This document shows, in pieces, positions 19,249-27,040 of a DNA stretch of 64,000 nucleotides; the first letter of the stretch is position 1; each line of letters starts with the position of its first letter. The translations under genes and the position numbers were made by a program. This stretch comes from an uncultured Lachnospiraceae bacterium. GTDB lineage: Bacteria; Bacillota; Clostridia; Lachnospirales; Lachnospiraceae. The stretch covers positions 6,700 through 70,699 of the forward strand of contig CAJTJZ010000007.1 of assembly GCA_910576895.1 (NCBI GenBank), written 5' to 3'. The notes under the pieces were generated by a model. That model did no database searches and had not been told where the DNA came from. It worked only from the letters and a program-made list of their open reading frames with translations.

Positions 19249-19310
19249 GTCAAGATAAAAAATGTCGATTATTGCATATTTTCAATTTTAGAAGGAACAT
19301 CAAATTTTAT

Positions 19311-19339
19311 TTGGATTTTTTGGCAGATTATGATATACT
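19311..19339 (+). promoter_or_regulatory. Sigma-A-type promoter of the toxin mRNA
   Basis: TTGGAT (19311-19316), a 17-nt spacer ending in TGa, then TATACT (19334-19339). Confidence 0.6.
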
Positions 19340-19385
19340 TTCTTTGTTGTTCAACCGATACCCGACAATGGGAGAAGGTGTTTAC

Positions 19386-19487
19386 ATGGAATTTATCGCT
19401 TCTTTTATTATTGCTGTTATGGCAAACGTGATTAGCCACCTCGCTTGCAAATGGTTAGACAGAAGGAACAATAAGGACAATAAATAG
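19386..19487 (+). CDS. Fst/PepA1-like type I toxin (33 aa)
   Basis: MEFIASFIIAVMANVISHLACKWLDRRNNKDNK: one hydrophobic helix plus a basic tail. The C-terminal ..WL.RRNNK.. resembles PepA1/Fst-family toxins. RBS GGAGAAGG ends 7 nt upstream of the ATG. Confidence 0.72.
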   Translation: MEFIASFIIAVMANVISHLACKWLDRRNNKDNK

Positions 19488-19509
19488 CCTAGTGGATGCT
19501 TGACCACTG

Positions 19510-19599
19510 AAAAAAACAAGAAGAATCCCTCAACTGTACGTCACTACGGTTGGGGGATTCGTTTCTTCGTCTACATGGACTTATCACTTCTTTTAGCCT
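19510..19599 (-). ncRNA. Candidate antitoxin sRNA (RNA II / SprA1AS-like), about 90 nt
   Basis: It runs from a near-consensus promoter to a hairpin (19560-19523) plus UUCUUGUUUUUUU. Its 5' part (complement of 19568-19596) is complementary to toxin mRNA 19379-19407 across the AUG. Confidence 0.6.
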
Positions 19600-19605
19600 A
19601 ATGGC

Positions 19606-19634
19606 ATTATAGCATATGCAACTTTTCTTTGCAA
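19606..19634 (-). promoter_or_regulatory. Near-consensus promoter for the antisense sRNA
   Basis: Minus strand: TTGCAA (19634-19629), 17-nt spacer, TATAAT (19611-19606). Confidence 0.65.
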
Positions 19635-19744
19635 GATACATTTTCTTTAATTTTTACTGTTAAATTTACCATTTGTCTGCATATGGTTTAATTTTATTGT
19701 TTTTATAGAAATAATGAACGGTCTCGAAAAATTGAGTTTATTTT

Positions 19745-20362
19745 TTATGTTTTTAAATATTTTTTCTTAAGCCTTCTAAAACCTCGCCAACAATGAAATA
19801 AAACCCAAAGTAGGAAAAAAGTACATAAAGACATAAGAGTCATATAAATTAAAAAAATATAAATGCCGCCTCCTGTATTAGTAAAAGTCCACCAAGAAAA
19901 TCCCATACCAGAATCTGCCCACCTAGAAAAAAGCATAATTAACATAGTTATTTGATAAGTAATGGTACAAAAAATTGTAATAATAATTGGTAATAGTCTT
20001 CGATGATATATTTTTTCTAATAAGGTTAGCTTTGATTCCATATCACTAAAAATAGTATCATTTTCTTTTGTGGAACTTGCAGGTCTGCAAAAATAATTCC
20101 ATCCAAAATAGCTAAATAGATATTCCCATCCATAATCACGAAACATTTGTAAATAAGCTGGTTTTTCTGAGATAGAAATATCGCTAAAGTCTAAGCGATA
20201 AATCATATCTTCTTTTTTACATGATTCAAAAAAATAAAATCCGGGAGGAATAAATTTTGTTAAGCGGTAGCCTTGTTGATGCTGCTGCCGTAAAAAATGT
20301 TCTTCTTCTTCAAAATCTACCATAGTAAAATAGCGAAACATTCTTTTTTTTATTTTATTCAT
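19745..20362 (-). CDS. DUF2812-domain membrane protein (PadR partner)
   Basis: DFEEEEHFLRQQHQQGYRLTKF...IYRLDF N-terminal domain plus C-terminal TM helices. The ATG at 20362 follows AGAGGAGA and overlaps the padR stop by 8 nt. Confidence 0.7.
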   Translation of the reverse strand: MNKIKKRMFRYFTMVDFEEEEHFLRQQHQQGYRLTKFIPPGFYFFESCKKEDMIYRLDFSDISISEKPAYLQMFRDYGWEYLFSYFGWNYFCRPASSTKENDTIFSDMESKLTLLEKIYHRRLLPIIITIFCTITYQITMLIMLFSRWADSGMGFSWWTFTNTGGGIYIFLIYMTLMSLCTFFLLWVLFHCWRGFRRLKKKYLKT

Positions 20363-20681
20363 TCGTTTTCTCCTCTCTGCTGTTTTTATATAATCGCTCA
20401 ATGCGTTTTATTTCCAGTGCTAAAATTTCTTTTCCAAGTTCTGTAATGAGATAAAATTTCCGTTTTTCTTCTTCTTTTACAAATTGGATAAGGCCATCTT
20501 TTTCCATTTTTGATAAAGTACCATACATTGTTCCGGGACTAATGGAAACTTCTCCTTGTGTCATTTTTTTTACTTTTTGCCCAATATGATATCCATGCAT
20601 TTCTTTTTGCAAGCAGAACAAGATATAAAATCCTGTTTCTGTCATGGGTACATAGATACGCCGAATTCTATCTTCTATCAT
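20355..20681 (-). CDS. PadR-family transcriptional regulator
   Basis: FYILFCLQKEMHGYHIGQKV....SPGTMYGTLSKMEKDGLI wHTH. The upstream part of the listed ORF (to 20756) covers the promoter, so I place the start at 20681. Confidence 0.85.
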   Translation of the reverse strand: MIEDRIRRIYVPMTETGFYILFCLQKEMHGYHIGQKVKKMTQGEVSISPGTMYGTLSKMEKDGLIQFVKEEEKRKFYLITELGKEILALEIKRIERLYKNSREEKTNE

Positions 20682-20706
20682 AGTATTTTTCCTGTTCTTT
20701 TTTATT

Positions 20707-20756
20707 ATATCGCATCTCGATATAGATACTATATCACACCTCGATATAATAGTCAA
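20707..20756 (-). promoter_or_regulatory. padR promoter with two 17-bp palindromic boxes
   Basis: Minus strand: TTGACT (20756-20751), 17-nt spacer, TATAGT (20733-20728). The boxes ATATCGCATCTCGATAT (20707-20723) and ATATCACACCTCGATAT (20731-20747) are spaced 24 bp apart. Confidence 0.55.
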
Positions 20757-20834
20757 TGTATTTTTGATAAATAATAAAAAAAGGAATGTTTATTTTTTTC
20801 ACATTCCTTTTCTATCCTTGCTTTTGCTTATTTA

Positions 20835-21611
20835 TTAAAAGAATTTTTGATTTATAGAATGATTGCCACAAACAGGACAAGAGCTAGTTCTATTTGGCAG
20901 TTTTATTTTCCGAAATTCCATTGTGAGTCCATCATAAGTAAGAAAATATCCTGTTAAAAGATTTCCTATATTTAAAAGATATTTGATAGCTTCCATTGCT
21001 TGTATACTTCCAATAATACCAGTTACAGCTCCAAGAATACCTTCTTGTCTGCAATTAGGTACAATTGTTTCTTTTGGTGGTTCTTCAAAAATACAACGGT
21101 AACAAGGTCCTTGTTCTGGAACATAGGTCATTGTCTGTCCCTGAAAGCGGATAACACCTGCATGGGAAAATGGTTTTTTTGCTAAAACACAGGCATCATT
21201 AATTAAAAATTTTGTAGAAAAATTATCCGTTGCATCAAGAATAAAGTCATAGTCTTTCATTAATTCCATAATATTGTCTGCATCAATACATTGTTCATAA
21301 GTAATGACTTGAATATTAGGATTTCTTTCCAGTACCGCCTGTTTTGCAGATTCTACTTTTGATTTTTTCACCGCTTTTTCTGTATGAATAATTTGTCTTT
21401 GTAAATTAGATAAATCCACACTATCATGATCGGCAATGCCAATTGTGCCAACACCAGCACAGGCAAGATATAAAATTGCTGGAGAGCCAAGCCCACCAGC
21501 ACCGATAACAAGAACTTTGCTATGTAATAGTTTTTCTTGTCCTTTTACACCAATTTCTTTGATTAAAATATTTCTTTCATAACGTTCGTTTTGTTCTTTG
21601 GATAGTTCCAT
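20835..21611 (-). CDS. ThiF/MoeB/HesA-family adenylyltransferase (E1-like)
   Basis: GAGGLGSP nucleotide-binding loop, and CYRC plus CPVCG zinc cysteines. Confidence 0.85.
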   Translation of the reverse strand: MELSKEQNERYERNILIKEIGVKGQEKLLHSKVLVIGAGGLGSPAILYLACAGVGTIGIADHDSVDLSNLQRQIIHTEKAVKKSKVESAKQAVLERNPNIQVITYEQCIDADNIMELMKDYDFILDATDNFSTKFLINDACVLAKKPFSHAGVIRFQGQTMTYVPEQGPCYRCIFEEPPKETIVPNCRQEGILGAVTGIIGSIQAMEAIKYLLNIGNLLTGYFLTYDGLTMEFRKIKLPNRTSSCPVCGNHSINQKFF

Positions 21612-21904
21612 ATAATTCCCTACTTTCTGATTTTATCATGATATCATTTGATTGTCTTTATTATTATCGGTTTATTTTTTGCCGTTTTATAGATTTTTCT
21701 TTCTTTTTCTTATATAGTTTGTATTTTTTGCAGCTTAATTAATAAAAAAATGTTTTTTTCATACAATAGATTAGGTAATATAAGCAAAAAAAATTTTATA
21801 AATATAAAAATAAAGAAAAAGATAAACAGTCAAATAAAATTAAATTCAATTAAAAATATGCAAAATATACAAAAATAAATCAAAAATTTTGTGAATTAGT
21901 TTGA

Positions 21905-21933
21905 TTGACTTTGACTGATTATGACTGTATAAT
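21905..21933 (+). promoter_or_regulatory. fruK operon promoter overlapped by TGACT direct repeats
   Basis: TTGACT (21905-21910), 17-nt spacer, TATAAT (21928-21933). TGACT occurs three times in 21906-21926. Confidence 0.6.
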
Positions 21934-21962
21934 ACAAGAAAATTCAACAAGGAGGAGAAGGT

Positions 21963-22889
21963 ATGATTTATACAGTTACTTTTAATCCATCGCTGGATTA
22001 TATTGTTTCCGTAGAGGACTTTAAGCTGGGGCTTACAAATCGAACGAGTTCTGAACGGATTCTTCCCGGTGGAAAAGGGTTAAATGTTTCTATGGTACTT
22101 GGAAATCTTGGAATCGAAAGTACTGCATTGGGATTTATTGCAGGATTTACAGGACAGGAAATTATTCATCGTATCGAAGAAATGGGCGTGAAATCAGATT
22201 TTATTTCAATTGACAGTGGAATTTCAAGAATTAATCTAAAGCTAACATCGATTGATGGAACGGAAATTAATGGTTGTGGACCAGAAATTCATGAAAATGA
22301 AGTACAGGAACTAATGGAAAAACTAGATATTTTAGGTGCAGAGGATATTTTAGTTTTAGCAGGCAGTATACCGAAATCTATGCCAGATGATATTTATAGG
22401 CAGATTATGGAACGGCTTTATAAAAAAGGGATTATGACAGTGGTAGATGCTACTAAGGACTTACTTATGAATGTATTAGAGTATCATCCGTTTTTGATAA
22501 AGCCAAATAATCATGAATTAGGTGAAATTTTTAAAGTGCAGTTACAGACAAGAGAATCCGTAGTTCCTTATGCAAAGAAATTAAAAGAGATGGGAGCTAG
22601 AAATGTACTTGTATCTATGGCAGGACAGGGTGCTGTATTAGTAGCAGAAAATGAGGAAGTTTATGACCTTCCAGCACCAAAAGGAACACTGGTAAATGGT
22701 GTTGGAGCTGGGGATTCTATGGTTGCAGGATTTGTTGCAGGATGGCTAGAGAAAAAGGATTATAAGTATGCATTTCATATGGGAATATCTGCTGGAAGTG
22801 CAAGTGCTTTTTCAGAACTTTTAGCGACAAAAGAGGAAATACAAGCAGTTTATCAACAGATAGTAGATAGTGATATAAATAAAAGATAA
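21963..22889 (+). CDS. fruK: 1-phosphofructokinase (PfkB family)
   Basis: MIYTVTFNPSLDY N-terminus, the GAGDSMVAGF PfkB signature, and position upstream of fruA. Confidence 0.9.
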   Translation: MIYTVTFNPSLDYIVSVEDFKLGLTNRTSSERILPGGKGLNVSMVLGNLGIESTALGFIAGFTGQEIIHRIEEMGVKSDFISIDSGISRINLKLTSIDGTEINGCGPEIHENEVQELMEKLDILGAEDILVLAGSIPKSMPDDIYRQIMERLYKKGIMTVVDATKDLLMNVLEYHPFLIKPNNHELGEIFKVQLQTRESVVPYAKKLKEMGARNVLVSMAGQGAVLVAENEEVYDLPAPKGTLVNGVGAGDSMVAGFVAGWLEKKDYKYAFHMGISAGSASAFSELLATKEEIQAVYQQIVDSDINKR

Positions 22890-22937
22890 ATATTATATGT
22901 GAATAGGAAGATTTAGGTTAAGGAGATGGGGCATATG

Positions 22938-24854
22938 AGGATTACAGAACTTTTAGATAGAAGAAGTATTTCTCTTACAGGAACGCCAAAGAGTAAAGAG
23001 GAAGCACTGGATCAAGTGGTAGACTTGATGGTAAAGAGTGGAAAAATTAATGATAAAGAAGCATATAGAAAGCAGGTATATGCAAGAGAAGAAGAAAGTA
23101 CAACAGGAATCGGAGAGGGAATTGCAATTCCTCATGGAAAATGTGATGCTGTAAATAAACCGGGACTTGCAGCACTTGTAGTAAAAGATGGTGTGGATTT
23201 TGATGCTTTAGATGGAGAACCTGTTACCTTGATTTTCTTGATTGCTGCTCCAAATACAAAGGATAATGTACATCTTGATGTATTAAGTAAATTATCTGTA
23301 TTAATGATGGATGAAGATTTTTCTAATTCTTTACGAAATGCAGCATCTATTGATGAATTTCTTGCGATTATTGATAAAGCAGATGCAGAGAAAGCAAGTA
23401 TTGATGAAAGACTTTCTGATACAAAAATTGAAACTTCTTCTTCTGGATTAAAACTTTTAGCAGTTACTTCCTGTCCTACAGGAATTGCTCATACTTATAT
23501 GGCAGCAGAGGGAGTTGAAAAAGCAGCAAGGGCAAAAAATATTTCCGTAAAAATAGAGACTAGAGGTTCTGCAGGTGCAAAAAATACATTGACAGCACAG
23601 GAAATTAAAGAAGCGGACTGTATTATTGTAGCAGCAGATGCTCAAGTTCCTATGGATCGTTTTGATGGGAAAAAAGTAATTGAATGTCAAGTATCCGATG
23701 GTATTAGCAAAGCTCCGGAATTGCTGGAACGTGCGATTTCAGGGGATGTTCCAATCTATCATGCAGCAGCAGGATCAAATGCTTCTGCTCAAACACAGAA
23801 AAATAATGGTAGCATTGGACATCAAATTTATACACAGCTTATGAATGGTGTATCCCATATGCTTCCATTTGTTGTAGGCGGTGGTATTTTAATTGCAATT
23901 TCCTTTTTGCTTGATGGTATGCTTGTCGATATGGATTCTCTTGATGTAGCAGAGCGTGGAAATTTTGGTACAATTACCCCAATTGCAGCATGGTTTAAAA
24001 ATCTTGGTGGCGTTGCTTTTGGATTTATGCTTCCTGTACTTGCTGGCTTTATTGCAATGGCGATTGGCGATAGACCAGCACTGGCACTTGGCTTTGTAGG
24101 TGGTATGATTGCAGCAAATGGAACTTCTGGTTTTCTTGGTGCATTAGTAGCTGGATTTATTGCAGGTTATATTATTCTTTTGCTTCGCAAGATTTGTGAT
24201 AATCTGCCAGAGTTTTTGGAAAAAATCGCTCCTGTATTAATTTATCCTGTTGTTGGTATTTTGATTTTAGGGCTTATTATGTTCTTTATTGTAGAACCTG
24301 TTATGGGTGGTATTAATACAGCATTAAATAATGGATTAAGTTCTATGGGCGGTTCAAGTAAGTTAATTCTTGGATTGATTCTTGGCGGTATGATGGCAAT
24401 TGATATGGGTGGCCCATTTAATAAAGCAGCTTATGTTTTTGGTACAGCTGCCATTGCTGCAGGAAATTATGATATTATGGCAGCCGTTATGATTGGCGGA
24501 ATGACACCTCCATGTGCCATTGCACTTGCAACACTTCTCTTTAAGAAAAAGTTTACAAAGGAAGAAAGAGATTCAGGTCCTACAAACTTTATTATGGGGC
24601 TTGCCTTTATTACAGAGGGAGCAATTCCATTTGCAGCATCTGATCCACTTCATGTACTTCCGGCTTGTGTTGTTGGTTCTGGAGTTGCTGGAGCATTATC
24701 TATGATATTTAATTGTACTTTAATGGCACCACATGGCGGAATCTTTGTATTTCCAGTGGTAGGAAATGCAATGATGTATGTAGTTGCATTAGTTGCTGGT
24801 ACATTAGTATCTACATTTTTACTTGGTGTATTAAAGAAAAATATTGAAGAATAG
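22938..24854 (+). CDS. fruA: PTS fructose-specific EIIABC
   Basis: EIIA (GIAIPHGK), EIIB (LLAVTSCPTGIAHTYMAAE) and a multi-TM EIIC. The ATG at 22938 is correctly spaced from AAGGAG, whereas the listed ATG at 22926 abuts the RBS. Confidence 0.9.
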   Translation, partial: RITELLDRRSISLTGTPKSKEEALDQVVDLMVKSGKINDKEAYRKQVYAREEESTTGIGEGIAIPHGKCDAVNKPGLAALVVKDGVDFDALDGEPVTLIFLIAAPNTKDNVHLDVLSKLSVLMMDEDFSNSLRNAASIDEFLAIIDKADAEKASIDERLSDTKIETSSSGLKLLAVTSCPTGIAHTYMAAEGVEKAARAKNISVKIETRGSAGAKNTLTAQEIKEADCIIVAADAQVPMDRFDGKKVIECQVSDGISKAPELLERAISGDVPIYHAAAGSNASAQTQKNNGSIGHQIYTQLMNGVSHMLPFVVGGGILIAISFLLDGMLVDMDSLDVAERGNFGTITPIAAWFKNLGGVAFGFMLPVLAGFIAMAIGDRPALALGFVGGMIAANGTSGFLGALVAGFIAGYIILLLRKICDNLPEFLEKIAPVLIYPVVGILILGLIMFFIVEPVMGGINTALNNGLSSMGGSSKLILGLILGGMMAIDMGGPFNKAAYVFGTAAIAAGNYDIMAAVMIGGMTPPCAIALATLLFKKKFTKEERDSGPTNFIMGLAFITEGAIPFAASDPLHVLPACVVGSGVAGALSMIFNCTLMAPHGGIFVFPVVGNAMMYVVALVAGTLVSTFLLGVLKKNIEE

Positions 24855-24880
24855 GAAAAAATATGTATAATAGTAAATAA

Positions 24881-24953
24881 TGACAGGCACTTCGTACCTG
24901 TCAAGGGACAGACACAGAGTATCTGTCAAAGGACAGACACAAAGTACCTGTCA
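24881..24953. repeat. Three tandem 25-nt units, each a 21-bp imperfect palindrome (GACAGNCAC-NNN-GTANCTGTC)
   Basis: tGACAGGCACttcGTACCTGTCa (24881-24903), gGACAGACACagaGTATCTGTCa (24906-24928), gGACAGACACaaaGTACCTGTCa (24931-24953). Confidence 0.85.
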
Positions 24954-24981
24954 ATAATTAAAAAAGAAAGGAAGAATCATT

Positions 24982-25239
24982 ATGAAAGAATTTAAGTATG
25001 TAATTACAGATCCAGAAGGAATCCATGCACGTCCAGCAGGAGAATTAGTAAAAGCGGCAAAAGAATTTAAGTGCAGTATTAAGCTTGCAAAAGACGGAAA
25101 GTCTGGCGATTGCAAAAAGATTTTTGGAATTATGGGACTTGGCGTAAAAAAGGATAATGAAGTTGTTCTTACTTTTGATGGGGAAGATGAAGAAGCAGCT
25201 TATACTGCAATCAGCAAATTTATGCAGGAAAAATTGTAA
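24982..25239 (+). CDS. ptsH: Phosphocarrier protein HPr (Ser46-less variant)
   Basis: His15 motif GIHARPAG. The region aligned to ..NLKSIMGVMSLG.. reads ..DCKKIFGIMGLG.., so the regulatory Ser46 position is Lys. Confidence 0.88.
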   Translation: MKEFKYVITDPEGIHARPAGELVKAAKEFKCSIKLAKDGKSGDCKKIFGIMGLGVKKDNEVVLTFDGEDEEAAYTAISKFMQEKL

Positions 25240-25270
25240 AAAACCTAGGCTTTGTGCCTGTCAAAGGCTG

Positions 25271-25316
25271 AAAACAGAGTCTTAATTATAAATAATTAGG
25301 ATTCTGTTTTTCTTTA
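25271..25316 (+). terminator. Rho-independent terminator after ptsH
   Basis: AAAACAGAGTCTTAATTA-loop-TAATTAGGATTCTGTTTT forms a long stem with G-U pairs and runs into TTTTTCTTT. Confidence 0.7.
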
Positions 25317-25367
25317 TAGCTAAATAGTTAAGTTTATTTTTTAAGAATAAAAGGAGGTATGTTATTT

Positions 25368-27020
25368 ATGCAGGTATTTCATGGAAAAAGTGTATTCGCT
25401 GGGGTGGCGATTGGAAAAATTCAGGTTTACAGCAAAGCAGAACAGCAGGTAAAACGTGTAAAAATAGAAGATACAGAAGCAGAGGTTGCACGTTATCGTA
25501 AGGCAATTGAAACAGCAAAGGAACAGCTTGGGGCATTATATGAAAAAGCATTGCAGGAGGTTGGAGAAGCAAATGCAGCAATTTTTGAGATTCATCAAAT
25601 GATGTTAGAAGATGATGATTATCAAGAATCTGTAGAAAATATGATCAATGTACAAAAAGTAAATGCAGAATATGCAGTAGCACAGACAGGGGATAATTTT
25701 GCAGAAATGTTTGCAGCAATGGAAGATGATTATATGCGAGGACGTGCTGCAGATATTAGAGATATTTCAGAGCGTTTATTAACGGTGCTGCATGGTGGAG
25801 AAGAAAAGAGTATCAATACAAAAGAACCAACGATTATTGTTGCAGATGATCTTGCACCATCGGAAACAGTACAGCTTGATAAAGATATGGTATTATCTTT
25901 TGTAACAGCACATGGTTCTGTTAATTCTCATACAGCTATTCTTGCAAGGACTATGGGGATTCCAGCACTGATTGGAACGCCACTTCCATTAGATGAAACA
26001 ATTGATGGAAAACTTGGGATTGTAGATGGAACAAATGGTGTGATTTATATTGAACCAGATGAGGAAATACTAAAGAAGATGCAGGCAATTCAACAGGAAG
26101 AAAAAGAAAAGAAAGAACTTCTTTTAAATTTAAAGGGAAAAGAAAATATTACGATAGATGGACAAAAAATTATGCTATATGCCAATATTGGAAATAGTAA
26201 AGATTTAGCAACAGTTCTTCAAAATGATGCTGGCGGTATTGGGTTATTTCGGAGTGAATTTATCTATCTTGAAAAAGACCATTATCCAACAGAAGAGGAA
26301 CAATTCCAGATTTATAAAACAGTTGCAGAAACTATGGGAGAAAAGCGTGTTATTATTCGTACCTTAGATATTGGAGCAGACAAGCAGTGTGATTATTTTG
26401 AAATGGCAAAGGAAGATAATCCGGCAATGGGTTGTCGTGCGATTCGTATTTGTTTGACAAGACCAGAGGTATTTAAAACACAGCTTCGGGCACTATTTCG
26501 TGCGAGTGCATTTGGAAAGATTGCCATTATGTATCCAATGATTACAAGTGTAAAAGAAGTACGAAAAATTAAAGAAATTGTAGAAGAAGTAAAAGGAGAA
26601 TTATCAGAACAGGGAATTGAGTATGGAGAACCAGAACAGGGAATTATGATTGAAACGCCAGCAGCGGCAGTTATTAGTGATATGCTTGCAAAAGAAGTCG
26701 ATTTCTTTAGTATTGGAACAAATGATTTAACACAATATTTATTGGCAATTGATCGTCAAAATACATCGTTAGATGAATTTTTCGATTCTCATCATCCCGC
26801 AGTACTTAGAATGATAGCACTTGTAGTAGAAAATGCACATAAAGCAGGAATTTGGGCGGGAATTTGTGGAGAGTTAGGTGCTGATTTAGAGTTGACACAG
26901 GAATTTCTTGCCATGGGTGTTGATGAATTATCGGTATCTCCAAATAGGATTCTTCCAATTCGTAAAATTGTTCTGGAAACCAATGTGGCAGAATATAAGA
27001 AAAATAAACAAGAAATTTGA
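25368..27020 (+). CDS. ptsI: Phosphoenolpyruvate-protein phosphotransferase (PTS Enzyme I)
   Basis: Phospho-His region SHTAILARTMGIPA, GGIGLFRSEF, and SIGTNDLTQY. The ATG at 25368 follows AAGGAGG. Confidence 0.92.
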   Translation: MQVFHGKSVFAGVAIGKIQVYSKAEQQVKRVKIEDTEAEVARYRKAIETAKEQLGALYEKALQEVGEANAAIFEIHQMMLEDDDYQESVENMINVQKVNAEYAVAQTGDNFAEMFAAMEDDYMRGRAADIRDISERLLTVLHGGEEKSINTKEPTIIVADDLAPSETVQLDKDMVLSFVTAHGSVNSHTAILARTMGIPALIGTPLPLDETIDGKLGIVDGTNGVIYIEPDEEILKKMQAIQQEEKEKKELLLNLKGKENITIDGQKIMLYANIGNSKDLATVLQNDAGGIGLFRSEFIYLEKDHYPTEEEQFQIYKTVAETMGEKRVIIRTLDIGADKQCDYFEMAKEDNPAMGCRAIRICLTRPEVFKTQLRALFRASAFGKIAIMYPMITSVKEVRKIKEIVEEVKGELSEQGIEYGEPEQGIMIETPAAAVISDMLAKEVDFFSIGTNDLTQYLLAIDRQNTSLDEFFDSHHPAVLRMIALVVENAHKAGIWAGICGELGADLELTQEFLAMGVDELSVSPNRILPIRKIVLETNVAEYKKNKQEI

Positions 27021-27040
27021 TAATAAATGAGTGATGTAGT

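Noticed and set aside
19272-19385. N-terminal 38 aa of the listed 71-aa ORF containing the toxin.
   Set aside because: This extension begins at a non-ATG codon and spans the predicted -35/-10 boxes and 5' UTR. The internal ATG at 19386 has the only good RBS and yields the canonical 33-aa toxin size.
21612-21760. A possible TPP (THI-box) riboswitch upstream of the ThiF/MoeB-like gene.
   Set aside because: No CUGAGA/ACCUGA-type conserved THI-box elements appear on the minus strand. The region is a featureless AT-rich spacer.
24881-24953. The tandem repeats as a miniature CRISPR array.
   Set aside because: The units are contiguous 25-nt palindromes with no spacers. There are only three copies and no cas genes in the window.
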